From an uncultured delta proteobacterium (GTDB taxonomy: Bacteria > Desulfobacterota > Binatia > Binatales > Binataceae), in assembly GCA_963724395.1 (NCBI GenBank), contig CAVRUK010000006.1, forward strand, positions 2,516,319 to 2,580,318: DNA of 64,000 nucleotides. The letters are read 5' to 3'. How positions within the stretch are numbered: the first letter of the stretch is position 1; each line of letters starts with the position of its first letter. The translations under genes and the position numbers were made by a program. A model generated the notes under the pieces. That model saw nothing but the letters and a program-made list of their open reading frames with translations, had not been told where the DNA came from and searched no databases. Below, one piece after another: positions 8,959-20,012 of the stretch.

Positions 8959-9351
8959 ATGAGCCAGATCGCCGGCACCGGAATCGACGTCATCGAGGTC
9001 GATCGCATCGAGCGCGCACTGACGCGCCCTCTGACCGGCGAGCGCTTTCGCGCCCGCGTCTTCACCGCCGGCGAGGTCAAGTACTGCGAATCGCGCGGGC
9101 GTCCCCGCTACCAGAGCTATGCCGCGCGCTTCGCCGCCAAGGAAGCCACGATGAAGGCGCTCGGCACCGGATGGAATCGCAACGTCGGATGGAGCGATAT
9201 AGAAGTCGTGCGCGAGCGCGGCAAAGCCCCGACCATCGCGCTATCGGGCAAGGCCGCCGCCTTCGCCCAAAAGAAACGGATAGTGCGCTTTCACCTGAGC
9301 ATCACGCACACCGTCACCCAGGCCATCGCCCACGTAATCGCGGAAATCTGA
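8959..9351 (+). CDS. acpS: holo-[acyl-carrier-protein] synthase
   Basis: 130 aa. GIDVIEV...FT..E..Y motif of the 4'-phosphopantetheinyl transferase AcpS family. Confidence 0.85.
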   Translation: MSQIAGTGIDVIEVDRIERALTRPLTGERFRARVFTAGEVKYCESRGRPRYQSYAARFAAKEATMKALGTGWNRNVGWSDIEVVRERGKAPTIALSGKAAAFAQKKRIVRFHLSITHTVTQAIAHVIAEI

Positions 9352-9363
9352 GACTGAAGCTTC

Positions 9364-10782
9364 CTACTTCGCCGGCGACGGCGCTGCCGCGGCTGGCGCA
9401 TTCGCCATGTACAGCGCCGCGGGCTTGTTGAGTTGCGCGAAGCTGAAATCGCTTAGCGAGTAGACCGCTCTGCTCGCACTTGAAGCCGCGTAGTATTCCG
9501 TCCGCTGTGCCGGCTCACCCGGAATTGGCGGGGTTGTGGGCTTGACCTTTATCTTCGCGAGCTTGACCGCGCCCAGTTCCTTTCCGTCCTTGCCTATCAG
9601 TGTGATTTCCAGCGCGGGATTGTCGAGACCGAACGGCTGAGCGCTCGGCATCGGATCGGCGACGATCGATTCGCCTTTCAGATCGCGGAGTTGATTGAGC
9701 ATCCGCTCGACGACCGGGACATCACCATCAGACGTCTTGCCGGCGACTACCACGTCCCACTTTCCAGACGGCGCGCGCTTGAGCGTGAACTCGCCGTCCG
9801 TGTTTTTGACTTTGACTGTATCAACCGTCTCGGGATCGACCTTCACAATCGTCTTGTCACGAAAATCCATCGGCGACTTGTCCAGGCTGGTCATCACGTA
9901 CTCGGCCACGGCGTAAACCGGCGCACGTTCTCCGCGACGTACGTAAATTCCGCTCTTGCCCTGCTCGTTCTGTTTGAAGCCGAACAGCATCGATTGCTGC
10001 TCTCCGTTCTTGAGCACGACGGTCGCCGCCAGATGCGGTTTTTCCAGGCCGTACTGCGTGACGTTGGCGGGCGCATCGGCCACGAAGTCGGACGCACGCG
10101 CGTTGACCAGCGTGCTCAGCGCCATCCGGACCGCCGTGTCGTCGGCCGGGTTCGGCGCCGGCTTGACGATCTTCCAGGTGTCGCCGTCGCGATCGATCTC
10201 AACCGTCTGTCCGTTGTCGCGCGCGATGATCAGCTTCCGAACGTCGTCTATCTTGAACGCCATCAGGTCGCGCACGCGCAAATCGTTGACCGTCTTGTTC
10301 ATTCCGGCCGAGAACGCGCCTTCCGTCAGCAGCACCGCCGGACTGTTGGACAGCCGCACGTAAGCGTTGAACCCAATCGGCGTCGACTTGCCGATTTCGA
10401 TCGACGGCAAAGTCTTGTTGTCGAAGGTCGTCACGGTGACGGTCGTGGTCGGCGGCTTGAGCCCAAACGGCGCCACGTCACCCGGCTTGTCATCGACTGT
10501 GCGGACCAGCACGCCGTCGGCAATTGCGCGCGCGAGGTTGTTGGCCGCGGTCTGGTCGGCGTCGGCGCCAATCGGCTTCACCAGCCGCCACGGTTTTCCC
10601 TTGTCGCGCTCGAGCACGATGTCACGGTCGGAATACTTAAGCTCAATTTTAGCGATATCGTCCTGCTTGACGTCGAGCAGTTTCTGCGTCGCCTCCGTCT
10701 GCGAATAACGGCCGACGATGAAGGCGTAGCCGCCCACGATCGCAAACAGGACGAGCACGATAATCGTGTTGCGCAGCCGCAT
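9364..10782 (-). CDS. DUF4340-domain protein (GldG-associated)
   Basis: 472 aa with an N-terminal transmembrane segment. DUF4340-type repeats. Last gene of the ABC/GldF/GldG operon. Confidence 0.6.
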   Translation of the reverse strand: MRLRNTIIVLVLFAIVGGYAFIVGRYSQTEATQKLLDVKQDDIAKIELKYSDRDIVLERDKGKPWRLVKPIGADADQTAANNLARAIADGVLVRTVDDKPGDVAPFGLKPPTTTVTVTTFDNKTLPSIEIGKSTPIGFNAYVRLSNSPAVLLTEGAFSAGMNKTVNDLRVRDLMAFKIDDVRKLIIARDNGQTVEIDRDGDTWKIVKPAPNPADDTAVRMALSTLVNARASDFVADAPANVTQYGLEKPHLAATVVLKNGEQQSMLFGFKQNEQGKSGIYVRRGERAPVYAVAEYVMTSLDKSPMDFRDKTIVKVDPETVDTVKVKNTDGEFTLKRAPSGKWDVVVAGKTSDGDVPVVERMLNQLRDLKGESIVADPMPSAQPFGLDNPALEITLIGKDGKELGAVKLAKIKVKPTTPPIPGEPAQRTEYYAASSASRAVYSLSDFSFAQLNKPAALYMANAPAAAAPSPAK

Positions 10783-10811
10783 CGGAGCTTAGGTCGCAGT
10801 CGAGAGACGCC

Positions 10812-12377
10812 TCAGTTGCGCCGTTCCCACCACACCACGATCCCGGCAATCAGCAGCAGCTCGGGCAGCAACAGCACGGCGAACGCGAACACGACCGAGA
10901 ACTGCCCGGTGGTCAGCCGAAAGCGCGACGCCCGGATAGAGCGCGGCCTGATCGAGATGGAATTCTCCTCGCCGGTCAGCCAGTCCGCGCTGTTGACGAA
11001 AAAATCGCGGTTGAAGAAGTTGGCCACGTTTTGGTTGTCGGCAAACTCGGTGCTGCCGTACGCCACCATGCGCGCGTCGCCCTTGCCGAAGCCAAGCTGC
11101 TCGAGGTTGCCATCCACCGCCATCACGACCGTGATCGGTCCGCGCGTGTCTTTGGCGGTCAGCTCGGCCTTCTGCTGCCGGAACAACGTATCGAGATCGA
11201 CTTCCGCCCACGACGTGTCGCTGGTGTTCGCGATCGGGGTCACCGTGAGTCCCGGTTTCAGATTGGGTTCGGCGCTGAGAGATCGCGACATCGGGAATAC
11301 GGTGCGCTGCTTGAAATCCTTGGTAATCGGATGCTCGCCGTAGTTCTGCACAATAGGATTGAGCCCGAGCGCGGGACCTTCGAACAGCCTCACCACCTGG
11401 TCCACCACGATATCGTTGCCGACCTTGACGCCCCACTCGGCCGCCAATTTCACCATCGCGTCTTCGTCGATCGGATTGTCGGGGCGCTGCGGCCGGTACA
11501 TCGCGACCATGCGGCCGCCATGCTTCAGGTAGTCGTTCAACGCGTCGATCTCATGCTGGCCAATCGGCTTGATCGGTCCCGCAACCACGACCAGGTTGGC
11601 GTCGTCAGGCACCTTGGGCAACTGCGCGAGTTCGAGCTTGCGAACCTCGTAGCCCTCGCCTTCCAGATCTTTTTTGATAGTGCCATAGCCGGTAGGGCCT
11701 TCGGCATCGTCTGGATCGGCCTCGCCATGTCCGTCCAGGAACTCGATGACCTTCTTGGTGCTCCGAGTCGCGCGAATGATCGCATTGGTCAGCGCTTGCT
11801 CGTTGAGATCGGTGACGTTGGTGCCCTCGCTGCTATCGGCGCCGCCGTATTGCAGATGCGTGGTGCCCATCACCGACACTTTGAAACGCTCGGCGAGCTC
11901 GGGATGCTTGTCGGGATCGACCATCTCGAAACTGACTTTCGGCGAGTAGTAGGCGTAGGTCTCGTAGAGTTCGCGGGCCGAGGGATTCTCGCCGCCCTGG
12001 AAGAAGCCATAGAACTTGAGCGGCTTCTGCAAACCCTTGATCACGTTCACTGACTGGCTCGAAAGGCTGTAAACCTTCTCGGTAGTCAGGTCCAGCCGCG
12101 TATGATGGAGAGTCGAGATATAGTTAATCGCGACCAGCAGCCCGATGTACGCGACCGAATAGATGACGGCGTTGGCGCCGTAGCGCGCCGATCGGCCGGT
12201 CGTGATCGATGCAAGTTCGGAGCGGCTCGAGGTGATCCACAGGACGATCGCGAAGACGCCGCCGGCCAGGTTGACCCACACGAACAGGCGAAAGCCGCTC
12301 GAGATGAAATAGTCAACCAGCCCGAATGAGAGCAGAACCAGGCCAAGAATTCCGTAAAGCGCCGCCGATCGCCGCAT
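10812..12377 (-). CDS. GldG-family ABC transporter auxiliary component
   Basis: 521 aa. N- and C-terminal transmembrane segments flank a large periplasmic domain. Operon context with an ABC-2 permease and ATPase. Confidence 0.65.
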   Translation of the reverse strand: MRRSAALYGILGLVLLSFGLVDYFISSGFRLFVWVNLAGGVFAIVLWITSSRSELASITTGRSARYGANAVIYSVAYIGLLVAINYISTLHHTRLDLTTEKVYSLSSQSVNVIKGLQKPLKFYGFFQGGENPSARELYETYAYYSPKVSFEMVDPDKHPELAERFKVSVMGTTHLQYGGADSSEGTNVTDLNEQALTNAIIRATRSTKKVIEFLDGHGEADPDDAEGPTGYGTIKKDLEGEGYEVRKLELAQLPKVPDDANLVVVAGPIKPIGQHEIDALNDYLKHGGRMVAMYRPQRPDNPIDEDAMVKLAAEWGVKVGNDIVVDQVVRLFEGPALGLNPIVQNYGEHPITKDFKQRTVFPMSRSLSAEPNLKPGLTVTPIANTSDTSWAEVDLDTLFRQQKAELTAKDTRGPITVVMAVDGNLEQLGFGKGDARMVAYGSTEFADNQNVANFFNRDFFVNSADWLTGEENSISIRPRSIRASRFRLTTGQFSVVFAFAVLLLPELLLIAGIVVWWERRN

Positions 12378-12390
12378 CCGCCCCTCTACC

Positions 12391-13164
12391 TTACCGCCAC
12401 CGCGCCGACTCGACCGAGCGTTGGGTCAAGAACAGCGCCACGAAGATGAGACTCAGGAAATAAACGATGTCGCGCGTGTCGATGATGCCGGTGACCATCT
12501 GCGCGAAATGGTCCGGCAGCGAGAGATACTTGAGCAAGCCCTCCAGCGACGACCCGCCCGCCTGCGCCGGCCACGATATGACGAACAGCAGCAGCAGCAG
12601 GCCGAAGCAGCTGATCGCCGCGATGATCTGATTCTGCGTGAGCGAGCTGGTGAACAGTCCGATCGAAACGAACGAGATGGCCAGGAACGCCAACCCGAGA
12701 TAGCCGGAGAACATCACGCCGATCTCGGGGTTGCCGAACGCCATCAGGATCAGCGGAAACATCCCGGCCAGCCCAATCATGATGAGCATGAAAGCGGCGG
12801 CCGCGATGAATTTTCCCGCGACGATCTCGCCGGTCCGAATCGGGGCCGTCAACAGAAGCTCGTAGGTGCCGGTGCGCTTCTCTTCGGCAAAGCTTCGCAT
12901 CGTGATCGCCGGCACCAGGATGACGAGCACGATCGCCAGGTTGTGCAGCATCGGCTCGATCACGCGCTCGTTCAGATTCAATTTCTGCAGAACTTCGGGA
13001 TTCTGCATCGCGGCGTACGCGGTCAGCGTCACTTCGAAGTAACGCAGCAGCGCGAAGAAAAAGAAGCCGCCCAGCAACAGAAACACCGTCATCACGACGT
13101 AGGCGACCGGCTGCAGAAAATAGCCCGCGAGCTCCTTGCCCGCGATTGTCAGAGAATTTTTCAT
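12391..13164 (-). CDS. ABC-2 type transporter permease (GldF-like)
   Basis: 257 aa. Six predicted transmembrane segments. Adjacent to the ABC ATPase gene. Confidence 0.7.
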   Translation of the reverse strand: MKNSLTIAGKELAGYFLQPVAYVVMTVFLLLGGFFFFALLRYFEVTLTAYAAMQNPEVLQKLNLNERVIEPMLHNLAIVLVILVPAITMRSFAEEKRTGTYELLLTAPIRTGEIVAGKFIAAAAFMLIMIGLAGMFPLILMAFGNPEIGVMFSGYLGLAFLAISFVSIGLFTSSLTQNQIIAAISCFGLLLLLFVISWPAQAGGSSLEGLLKYLSLPDHFAQMVTGIIDTRDIVYFLSLIFVALFLTQRSVESARWR

Positions 13165-13182
13165 GCGAGCGGCACGGGTTGC

Positions 13183-13950
<768 letters not shown>

Positions 13951-14108
13951 TCAGGTCGTCCGATTCCAGAGCCATGGAGATGGCGCCCCGCCCGCTCAAT
14001 CAAATTGACGAAGAGACCCACCCTGCAATCCGATCAACAACAAGGCAACCGACTAATTAAACACGCCACGCGATACTGTCAATACGCTTCCATCGCGACA
14101 GATGCTCT

Positions 14109-14345
14109 ATGCATGAGGCGGGCAGTTGGCCGAACATGGAAGGTATGTTAGCGTCGCTGGATAGCATGAAACCTCGCGCTAGCACCAAGCAGTCTGATAT
14201 CAGGCGTCGGGAGACCAAACTTCGAGGCTTGGAACAGGCCGGCGAAGTGATCTCTGAGAGTCGCAGCTATTTCGGTACTCTGCCTGAAATCAACCTAGTC
14301 AAGAAAACCCGACTGGACCGAATCGTGAGAGTCGCCAAGCAATAG
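14109..14345 (+). CDS. hypothetical protein (possible antitoxin partner of the downstream PIN gene)
   Basis: 78 aa ORF in a low-GC islet immediately upstream of the PIN-domain gene. No recognisable motif. Confidence 0.25.
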   Translation: MHEAGSWPNMEGMLASLDSMKPRASTKQSDIRRRETKLRGLEQAGEVISESRSYFGTLPEINLVKKTRLDRIVRVAKQ

Positions 14346-14358
14346 AAGCGGCTTTCAA

Positions 14359-14873
14359 TTGCCCGCAAATCGGCATTTCTTTACCGACAACCCGGTCCCG
14401 ACCGAAATCGTTGTTGATTCGAGCTTCGTTTTCCATGCGCTGATAGAAGATGGGAGAAGCGGGTATCACGTCCCGCCCGCGACTTTGCACAAAGACTGCG
14501 CGTCGCAAATGCCATCCTGATTTATTCGTCGCTGATCTTCCTTGAAGCGCCTCAATGCTGGAAACGCTTATACAATACCGGTGCGTTGGTGCCGTTTCAG
14601 CGGGGCGCGGATCTCGCGAGTGATAAGGCCAGCGCGTTCACGGAAGCAAATGCGGCGCTTCAGACTTTTCTCTCCGCGTTCAACAGAAGAGAAGTGCGGG
14701 TTACAAAGAACCTCATCAAAAGCGCCACCGCCCATGTCGTCGAGTTCAACCTGGGCTCTCACGACGCGATTGCGATCGCAATTTCCCGTGCCGGAGTTCC
14801 CGATGTTGCTGCTCTTGATCGGGGATTCAAGAAAGTTAACGGAATCGAGCTATGGGACGGACTGCTAACGTAA
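14359..14873 (+). pseudogene. PIN-domain (VapC-like) toxin gene with frameshift
   Basis: The N-terminus TEIVVDSSFVFHALIED (PIN acidic motif) is in one frame and runs into a stop. The C-terminus (...SHDAIAIAISRAGVPDVAALDRGFKKVNGIELW) is in another frame. The shift lies near the cccgcccgcg tract at about 14465-14475. Confidence 0.5.
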
Positions 14874-14973
14874 GCGGCGAATTCTTCCAACGCTCGATAA
14901 GACATCGCGCAAGATTTTCGATTTGCTTTCGGGGCGCTTTTGTTTTGCGAACCGTATCGGATAGTTTCGACTG

Positions 14974-17568
14974 ATGGCCGCGGAACGCAAGCAACTGATC
15001 CTCGTCGACGGCTCCGGATACATCTTCCGCGCCTTTCATGCGCTGCCGCCGATGAACACGTCGCACGGCCTGCCCACGCAGGCGGTCTACGGCTTCATCC
15101 GGATGCTGTTGAAGCTGCTGAAAGACGTGCGGCCGTCGCATATCGCGATCGTCTTCGACTCGCCGAAGAGAACGTTTCGCGACGACCTGTTCGCGGATTA
15201 CAAGGCGAACCGCGCCGAGGCGCCCAACGATCTGGTCGTGCAGATTCCCTATATTCATCGCGCGGTCGAGGCATTTCGGATCAAATCGCTGATGCTGGAT
15301 GGATTCGAGGCGGACGACGTAATCGGCACGCTCGCCAAGCGCGCTGCGAAAGAGGATTTCATCGTCACGCTCATCACGGCCGACAAGGATTTCATGCAAT
15401 TGGTCGGCCCGCACGTGACGCTGTGGGACACGATGCGCGACCGGCGCGTCGGTGCGCGCGAGGTGCGGGAGCGTTTCGGCGTCGAGCCGGCGGCGCTGGT
15501 CGATATCCAGGCGCTTACCGGCGACACGATCGACAATATCAAAGGCGTACCGGGCGTCGGCGAGAAGACGGCCGCGGCGCTGGTACAGAAGTTCGGCAGC
15601 GTGAAAGGAATCTACGAGAACCTGGATCATATCGAGGAGGCCGGGGTTCGCGGCGCGAAAAAAATCGCCGGCCTGCTCGGCGAGCATCGCGCTGCGGTGG
15701 ACCTCGCACGAAAATTGGTGCGCATCGACACCGACGTGCCGATCAGCGTCGAGCCCGCAGAATTCGCGTGGCAGGGCGTGGACGAGAAGTCGGCCGCCGA
15801 CCTCCTGCGCGAGTTGGAGTTCAATTCCATCTTGCGCGAGATATCGCCGTCGCAGGTGGAACTTCCCGGACTCGAATCCAATGCGAAGCCTGCCGCCACC
15901 CTCAGCGGAAAAGACCTGGCGGAGGCTCTGAAGGCGCTTGCCAGCGCACCGCGCATCGCTTTGGATCTCGTAAAATCCGAGACCGCTCAGGAAACTTTAC
16001 AGCTCGCAAGCGCCGACCAGACGATCGTCGTCGAGCATGATGCGATCGCGAGCACGGCGCCCTTGCTCGGCGCCGAGCGCCCTCCCAAATCCTGCCACGA
16101 TCTGAAGAATCAAATCGAAGCGTTCGCGCGACATGGTATCGCGCTCAAGGGCGTCGATTTCGACACGATGCTGGCGGGCTTTCTGATCAATTCGGGACAG
16201 GGAGAGCCATCGCTGATCAATCTGTATCACGAGTACCTGGCGCCGCTGGGCGCGAGCAGCCCGCCGGGCACGAATGCGGACCTGATAAGAAATCTTCGCG
16301 AAGCGCTGGCGACGCGTCTGGAAGCCGACGGCCTCACTTCTATGTACAACGACATCGAGATGCCGATCGCGCCGATACTGGCCGAGATGGAAATGGCTGG
16401 AATCGGTATCGACGGCGACGCGCTCAAGGTCATCTCGAAAGAATTCGCCGAACAGATGAATCGGCTGGAACGCGAGTGCTACGGGCTGGCGGGCCGTGAG
16501 TTCAATCTCAACTCTCCAACACAGCTTCGCGACGTCCTGTTCACCGATTTGAAGCTGTCGGCCAAGGGCCTTAAGAAAACCAAGAGCGGATTTTCGACCG
16601 ACGCCGATACGCTCGAGAAGCTCGCGGCGGTGCATCCACTGCCGCGCAAACTGATCGAATACCGCACCATTTCAAAATTGAAATCCACTTACGCCGACGC
16701 GCTGTCGGAGGTGATTCGCTCCGGCACGGGGCGAATCCACACGACGTGGCATCAGGCGCTGGTGCCGACGGGACGCGTCAGCTCAAGCGATCCGAATCTG
16801 CAGAACATCCCGACCCGCAGCGTGGAGGGCCGCCGGATTCGCCGGGCGTTCGTGCCGAAGCCGGGATGTATCTTCGTGTCCGCCGACTACTCCCAAATCG
16901 ATCTGCGCGTGATGGCTCATCTGTCCGGCGATAAGACGCTGGTGGAGGCATTCAGCCGCGGCGAGGACATCCATGTGCGGACCGCGACCGAAGTGCTGGG
17001 AATCACGCCGGACAAGGTCAACGCCGAGGCGCGGCGGCTGGCCAAGGTGATAAACTTCGGGATCATTTATGGAATGGGCCCGCAGCGGCTGGCGGGCGAA
17101 CTCGGGATTCCGCTATCGGAAGCCTCGGATTACATCAAGCGCTACTTCGAGCGGCTGTCCGGCGTGCGCGCGTGGCTCGACGAGACGGTCCGCATCGCGC
17201 GCACGACGGGCTACGTAACAACCATGTACGGGCGGCGGCGTTATCTACCCGAGCTGAACGCGCAGCCGGGCGGCGCGCGGGCGCAAGCCGAGCGAATCGC
17301 CATCAATACTCCCATCCAGGGCACGGCGGCAGACCTGATAAAACTCGCTATGATACGTCTTGAGAGGGTGCTTCGAGAGCGCAACCTGGGAGCGCGGATG
17401 ATACTGCAGGTGCATGATGAACTACTGCTGGAAGCGCCGCTGGAGGAGTGTCAAGAGGCGGCGGATCTGGCAAAACGCGAAATGGAGGGGGTCGCTGAGC
17501 TCAAAATTCCGCTGAAGGTGGAGCTGAAATCCGGTCCAAACTGGGCTGAGATGAGCGGCGCGGCATGA
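14974..17568 (+). CDS. polA: DNA polymerase I
   Basis: 864 aa. 5'-3' exonuclease domain, polymerase motif A DYSQIDLRV, motif B RRLAKVINFGIIYGM, motif C QVHDELLLE. Confidence 0.95.
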   Translation: MAAERKQLILVDGSGYIFRAFHALPPMNTSHGLPTQAVYGFIRMLLKLLKDVRPSHIAIVFDSPKRTFRDDLFADYKANRAEAPNDLVVQIPYIHRAVEAFRIKSLMLDGFEADDVIGTLAKRAAKEDFIVTLITADKDFMQLVGPHVTLWDTMRDRRVGAREVRERFGVEPAALVDIQALTGDTIDNIKGVPGVGEKTAAALVQKFGSVKGIYENLDHIEEAGVRGAKKIAGLLGEHRAAVDLARKLVRIDTDVPISVEPAEFAWQGVDEKSAADLLRELEFNSILREISPSQVELPGLESNAKPAATLSGKDLAEALKALASAPRIALDLVKSETAQETLQLASADQTIVVEHDAIASTAPLLGAERPPKSCHDLKNQIEAFARHGIALKGVDFDTMLAGFLINSGQGEPSLINLYHEYLAPLGASSPPGTNADLIRNLREALATRLEADGLTSMYNDIEMPIAPILAEMEMAGIGIDGDALKVISKEFAEQMNRLERECYGLAGREFNLNSPTQLRDVLFTDLKLSAKGLKKTKSGFSTDADTLEKLAAVHPLPRKLIEYRTISKLKSTYADALSEVIRSGTGRIHTTWHQALVPTGRVSSSDPNLQNIPTRSVEGRRIRRAFVPKPGCIFVSADYSQIDLRVMAHLSGDKTLVEAFSRGEDIHVRTATEVLGITPDKVNAEARRLAKVINFGIIYGMGPQRLAGELGIPLSEASDYIKRYFERLSGVRAWLDETVRIARTTGYVTTMYGRRRYLPELNAQPGGARAQAERIAINTPIQGTAADLIKLAMIRLERVLRERNLGARMILQVHDELLLEAPLEECQEAADLAKREMEGVAELKIPLKVELKSGPNWAEMSGAA

Positions 17569-17611
17569 AAAATTCGCTGAATTTAGTCACCCGCCCCAGC
17601 GTCTACTCAAG

Positions 17612-18190
17612 TTGAGAACACCAGGCCGCCAGGACGGTGATGAAGCCGAGCTAATCGAACGCTCCAGCAAGGGCGATTCGGCGGCGTTCGGCATTCTGGT
17701 GGAACGATATCAGCGCCGAGTGGTCGGCGTTGCGCTGGCGGTGGTGCACAATCAGGATGACGCGATTGAACTGGCGCAAGAGACATTTGTTCGCGCCTAT
17801 GAAAATTTGTCGAAGTTCGAGTCGCGATCGAGCTTTTCAACCTGGCTCTATCGAATCGCGGCCAACCTCGCGATCGATTTCTGGCGCCGCGAGGGACGCC
17901 ATGTGGTCCTGCACGGCGAAGATGCCGACAACGAAATCTCGAAGTTGCCGACCAGCCAGGGAGATGCGTTCAAGGAAGTCAGCCGCAATGAACTCTCGGC
18001 GAGGCTAAAGCAAGCGCTGGAGGAGTTGACCCCAGAACATCGTGCAGTGATACTTTTACGCGAAGTTGAAGGAATGTCGTACGACGAAATTAGTGATATT
18101 TTGCAGTGCCCAAGAGGGACGGTCATGAGCAGGTTGCACTATGCGCGAACGCACCTGCGCAACATCCTGAAGGACCTGGCTGGAAGCTGA
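17612..18190 (+). CDS. ECF-subfamily RNA polymerase sigma-70 factor
   Basis: Sigma region 2 (FSTWLYRIAANLAIDFWRR) and region 4 helix-turn-helix. TTG start. Followed by an anti-sigma factor gene. Confidence 0.85.
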   Translation: MRTPGRQDGDEAELIERSSKGDSAAFGILVERYQRRVVGVALAVVHNQDDAIELAQETFVRAYENLSKFESRSSFSTWLYRIAANLAIDFWRREGRHVVLHGEDADNEISKLPTSQGDAFKEVSRNELSARLKQALEELTPEHRAVILLREVEGMSYDEISDILQCPRGTVMSRLHYARTHLRNILKDLAGS

Positions 18191-18197
18191 GTGAGCT

Positions 18198-18755
18198 ATG
18201 GCTGAATGCGCTGAAATAGGTATGATGCTCGGTGCGTTCGAGGACTCTGAACTCGAACCCAACGAGATGCAGGAAGTCGCGTTTCATCTGGCGCGATGCG
18301 AATCCTGCACCGGAATGCTGGCTGATTACTCAACGCTCGGGCGCAACCTCAGATCGATAGCGGCCGAGCCGTCGATGGCCGGCTTCTCGAATGCGGTAAT
18401 CGCCCGTATCAATCGTCTGCCGCAGCCGATGCTGCAGAGAATCGAGCGCTTTTTAAGGCGCCAGCTGGATTCGCTCGGCGCGGGTATCGCATGGGGCGGC
18501 GCAGTAGCTGCGGCTGCCATTATCACGATAGTTCTGATGACGCCGTACGCCGAGCAGTTCGCCAATCGAGGGACGCACTCGATCGCGGCCCCGGCCGCAA
18601 ATCAACTGGCATCCGTGACCGCCAACGAGCCGACGATGGCGGACAACGATTCTCACGCCGACATCTCGCGGCTCGAGTCGCAGAATCATTCGGTCGCAGT
18701 ATGGAGCGAGCCTCGCAGGGACACGACGGTCATCTGGTTACCGGATCAGCCTTAG
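18198..18755 (+). CDS. anti-sigma factor (zinc-binding, single transmembrane segment)
   Basis: 185 aa. HxxxCxxC motif (HLARCESCTGML) and a central transmembrane helix. Lies directly after the ECF sigma gene. Confidence 0.7.
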   Translation: MAECAEIGMMLGAFEDSELEPNEMQEVAFHLARCESCTGMLADYSTLGRNLRSIAAEPSMAGFSNAVIARINRLPQPMLQRIERFLRRQLDSLGAGIAWGGAVAAAAIITIVLMTPYAEQFANRGTHSIAAPAANQLASVTANEPTMADNDSHADISRLESQNHSVAVWSEPRRDTTVIWLPDQP

Positions 18756-18761
18756 GCCGCT

Positions 18762-19277
18762 ATGACGCTGCTCCCCGGTAGCCTCGCCTTCTTCATCATT
18801 GCGATCACGTTGGGAACGCCAGGGTTCACTTATGCCCAAGCGGCGCCGAAGCAGGTTAACGTTTATATCGATTCGGTGATGGCGGCGGACACCAACGAGG
18901 GGACCGACCCGCGGCTGGCGCCGATGGGCGCGAAGCTGCGGGGCTTATTCGGCTTTTCGACCTACAGCCTGATCGGTCACAACGAAGGGCAGACAGATTG
19001 CGGCAAGATGATCGCGTTCACGCTGCCGGGCGGCAAGATTCTCCACGTGCAGCCGCGCGCCGTCGACGGCGATATGATCGCGATGGAGATAGTGCTGTTT
19101 GACGGAACGCGCCCGATGATGACCACCGACCTCAAGCTCAAGAATAACGGGACGTTGATCGTCGGCGGCCCGCGCTACGAGCAGGGCATGATGATCATCT
19201 CGATTGGCGCGAGCACCGGCGGTTCGCAGCCGATGCAGGCTCGGAGCACTCCACCGGCCGAAGCGACTACCCGCTAA
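18762..19277 (+). CDS. secreted hypothetical protein (sigma/anti-sigma operon member)
   Basis: 171 aa with a signal peptide. Sits 7 bp downstream of the anti-sigma gene. Confidence 0.5.
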   Translation: MTLLPGSLAFFIIAITLGTPGFTYAQAAPKQVNVYIDSVMAADTNEGTDPRLAPMGAKLRGLFGFSTYSLIGHNEGQTDCGKMIAFTLPGGKILHVQPRAVDGDMIAMEIVLFDGTRPMMTTDLKLKNNGTLIVGGPRYEQGMMIISIGASTGGSQPMQARSTPPAEATTR

Positions 19278-19289
19278 CAATTCGCGGAT

Positions 19290-19946
19290 TCAAAGCGGAT
19301 CGAAGTACGGCGCGACGCGGCCGTCGAAGTGGAACTCGCGGGCCAGCGCTATCCACTTGCGGTCGATCCCGTGCATCGGCTCCGGCAGGCTGTCGAGCGG
19401 GAAGAAGCCGGCGGCAATCGCCTCGAGCGGATTCGGCTTCAATTCGCCGCCCACGATTCGACAATAGAAGAGCATCGAGTAGATGTGGCGGGCGGGTGAA
19501 CCGTACTTCTTGTTGTCGATTACAGCGATCAAACGTTCGGGCTTGACGATCAGCCCGGTCTCTTCGCGAGCTTCCTTGGCGACGTTTTCCGCCGGCGATA
19601 TGCCGACGTCGCAGAATCCGGTGGGATACCACCATTTTCCGGTCAGCCGCTGGATCAATAGAACTTCGTCGCGCTCGTTGAACGCGATTACACCGCATCC
19701 CGACGCCGCCGTGACGTATCCTTCGTAGCCGGCGATCACTTGCTCGCGCCATCGGCGGCGCAATTCTTCCGCATCTTCGTCGCTGGCGCCGGCGACCACC
19801 GAATGCATCCTGGCTGCCTCCTTCAGCAATTCCTCGTAGCGTTCGGAGTCGAAGCCGTCGGGCTTGAAAGCAAGTCCGGTGCGCGCGATCGCGGTTATGC
19901 GTTCGATAAAGCGCGCCAGTTCGGCGAGCAGATCAGAATCCGCCAT
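19290..19946 (-). CDS. NUDIX hydrolase with Nudix_N-type N-terminal domain (ADP-ribose pyrophosphatase-like)
   Basis: NUDIX box GFCDVGISPAENVAKEAREETGL. Start placed at the internal ATG (MADSDLL) so that the gene does not overlap the large inverted repeat. Confidence 0.75.
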   Translation of the reverse strand: MADSDLLAELARFIERITAIARTGLAFKPDGFDSERYEELLKEAARMHSVVAGASDEDAEELRRRWREQVIAGYEGYVTAASGCGVIAFNERDEVLLIQRLTGKWWYPTGFCDVGISPAENVAKEAREETGLIVKPERLIAVIDNKKYGSPARHIYSMLFYCRIVGGELKPNPLEAIAAGFFPLDSLPEPMHGIDRKWIALAREFHFDGRVAPYFDPL

Positions 19947-20012
19947 CAGAATTTTCCTTGTCGCGAGATCGATGAGAAATATAGCATGCTGGCTCCAGGC
20001 GAAGCCTTTCCG

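Noticed and set aside
9691-11343. 550 aa plus-strand ORF opposite the DUF4340 and GldG genes
   Set aside because: Shadow ORF. The minus strand encodes the membrane-anchored proteins, with consistent operon spacing.
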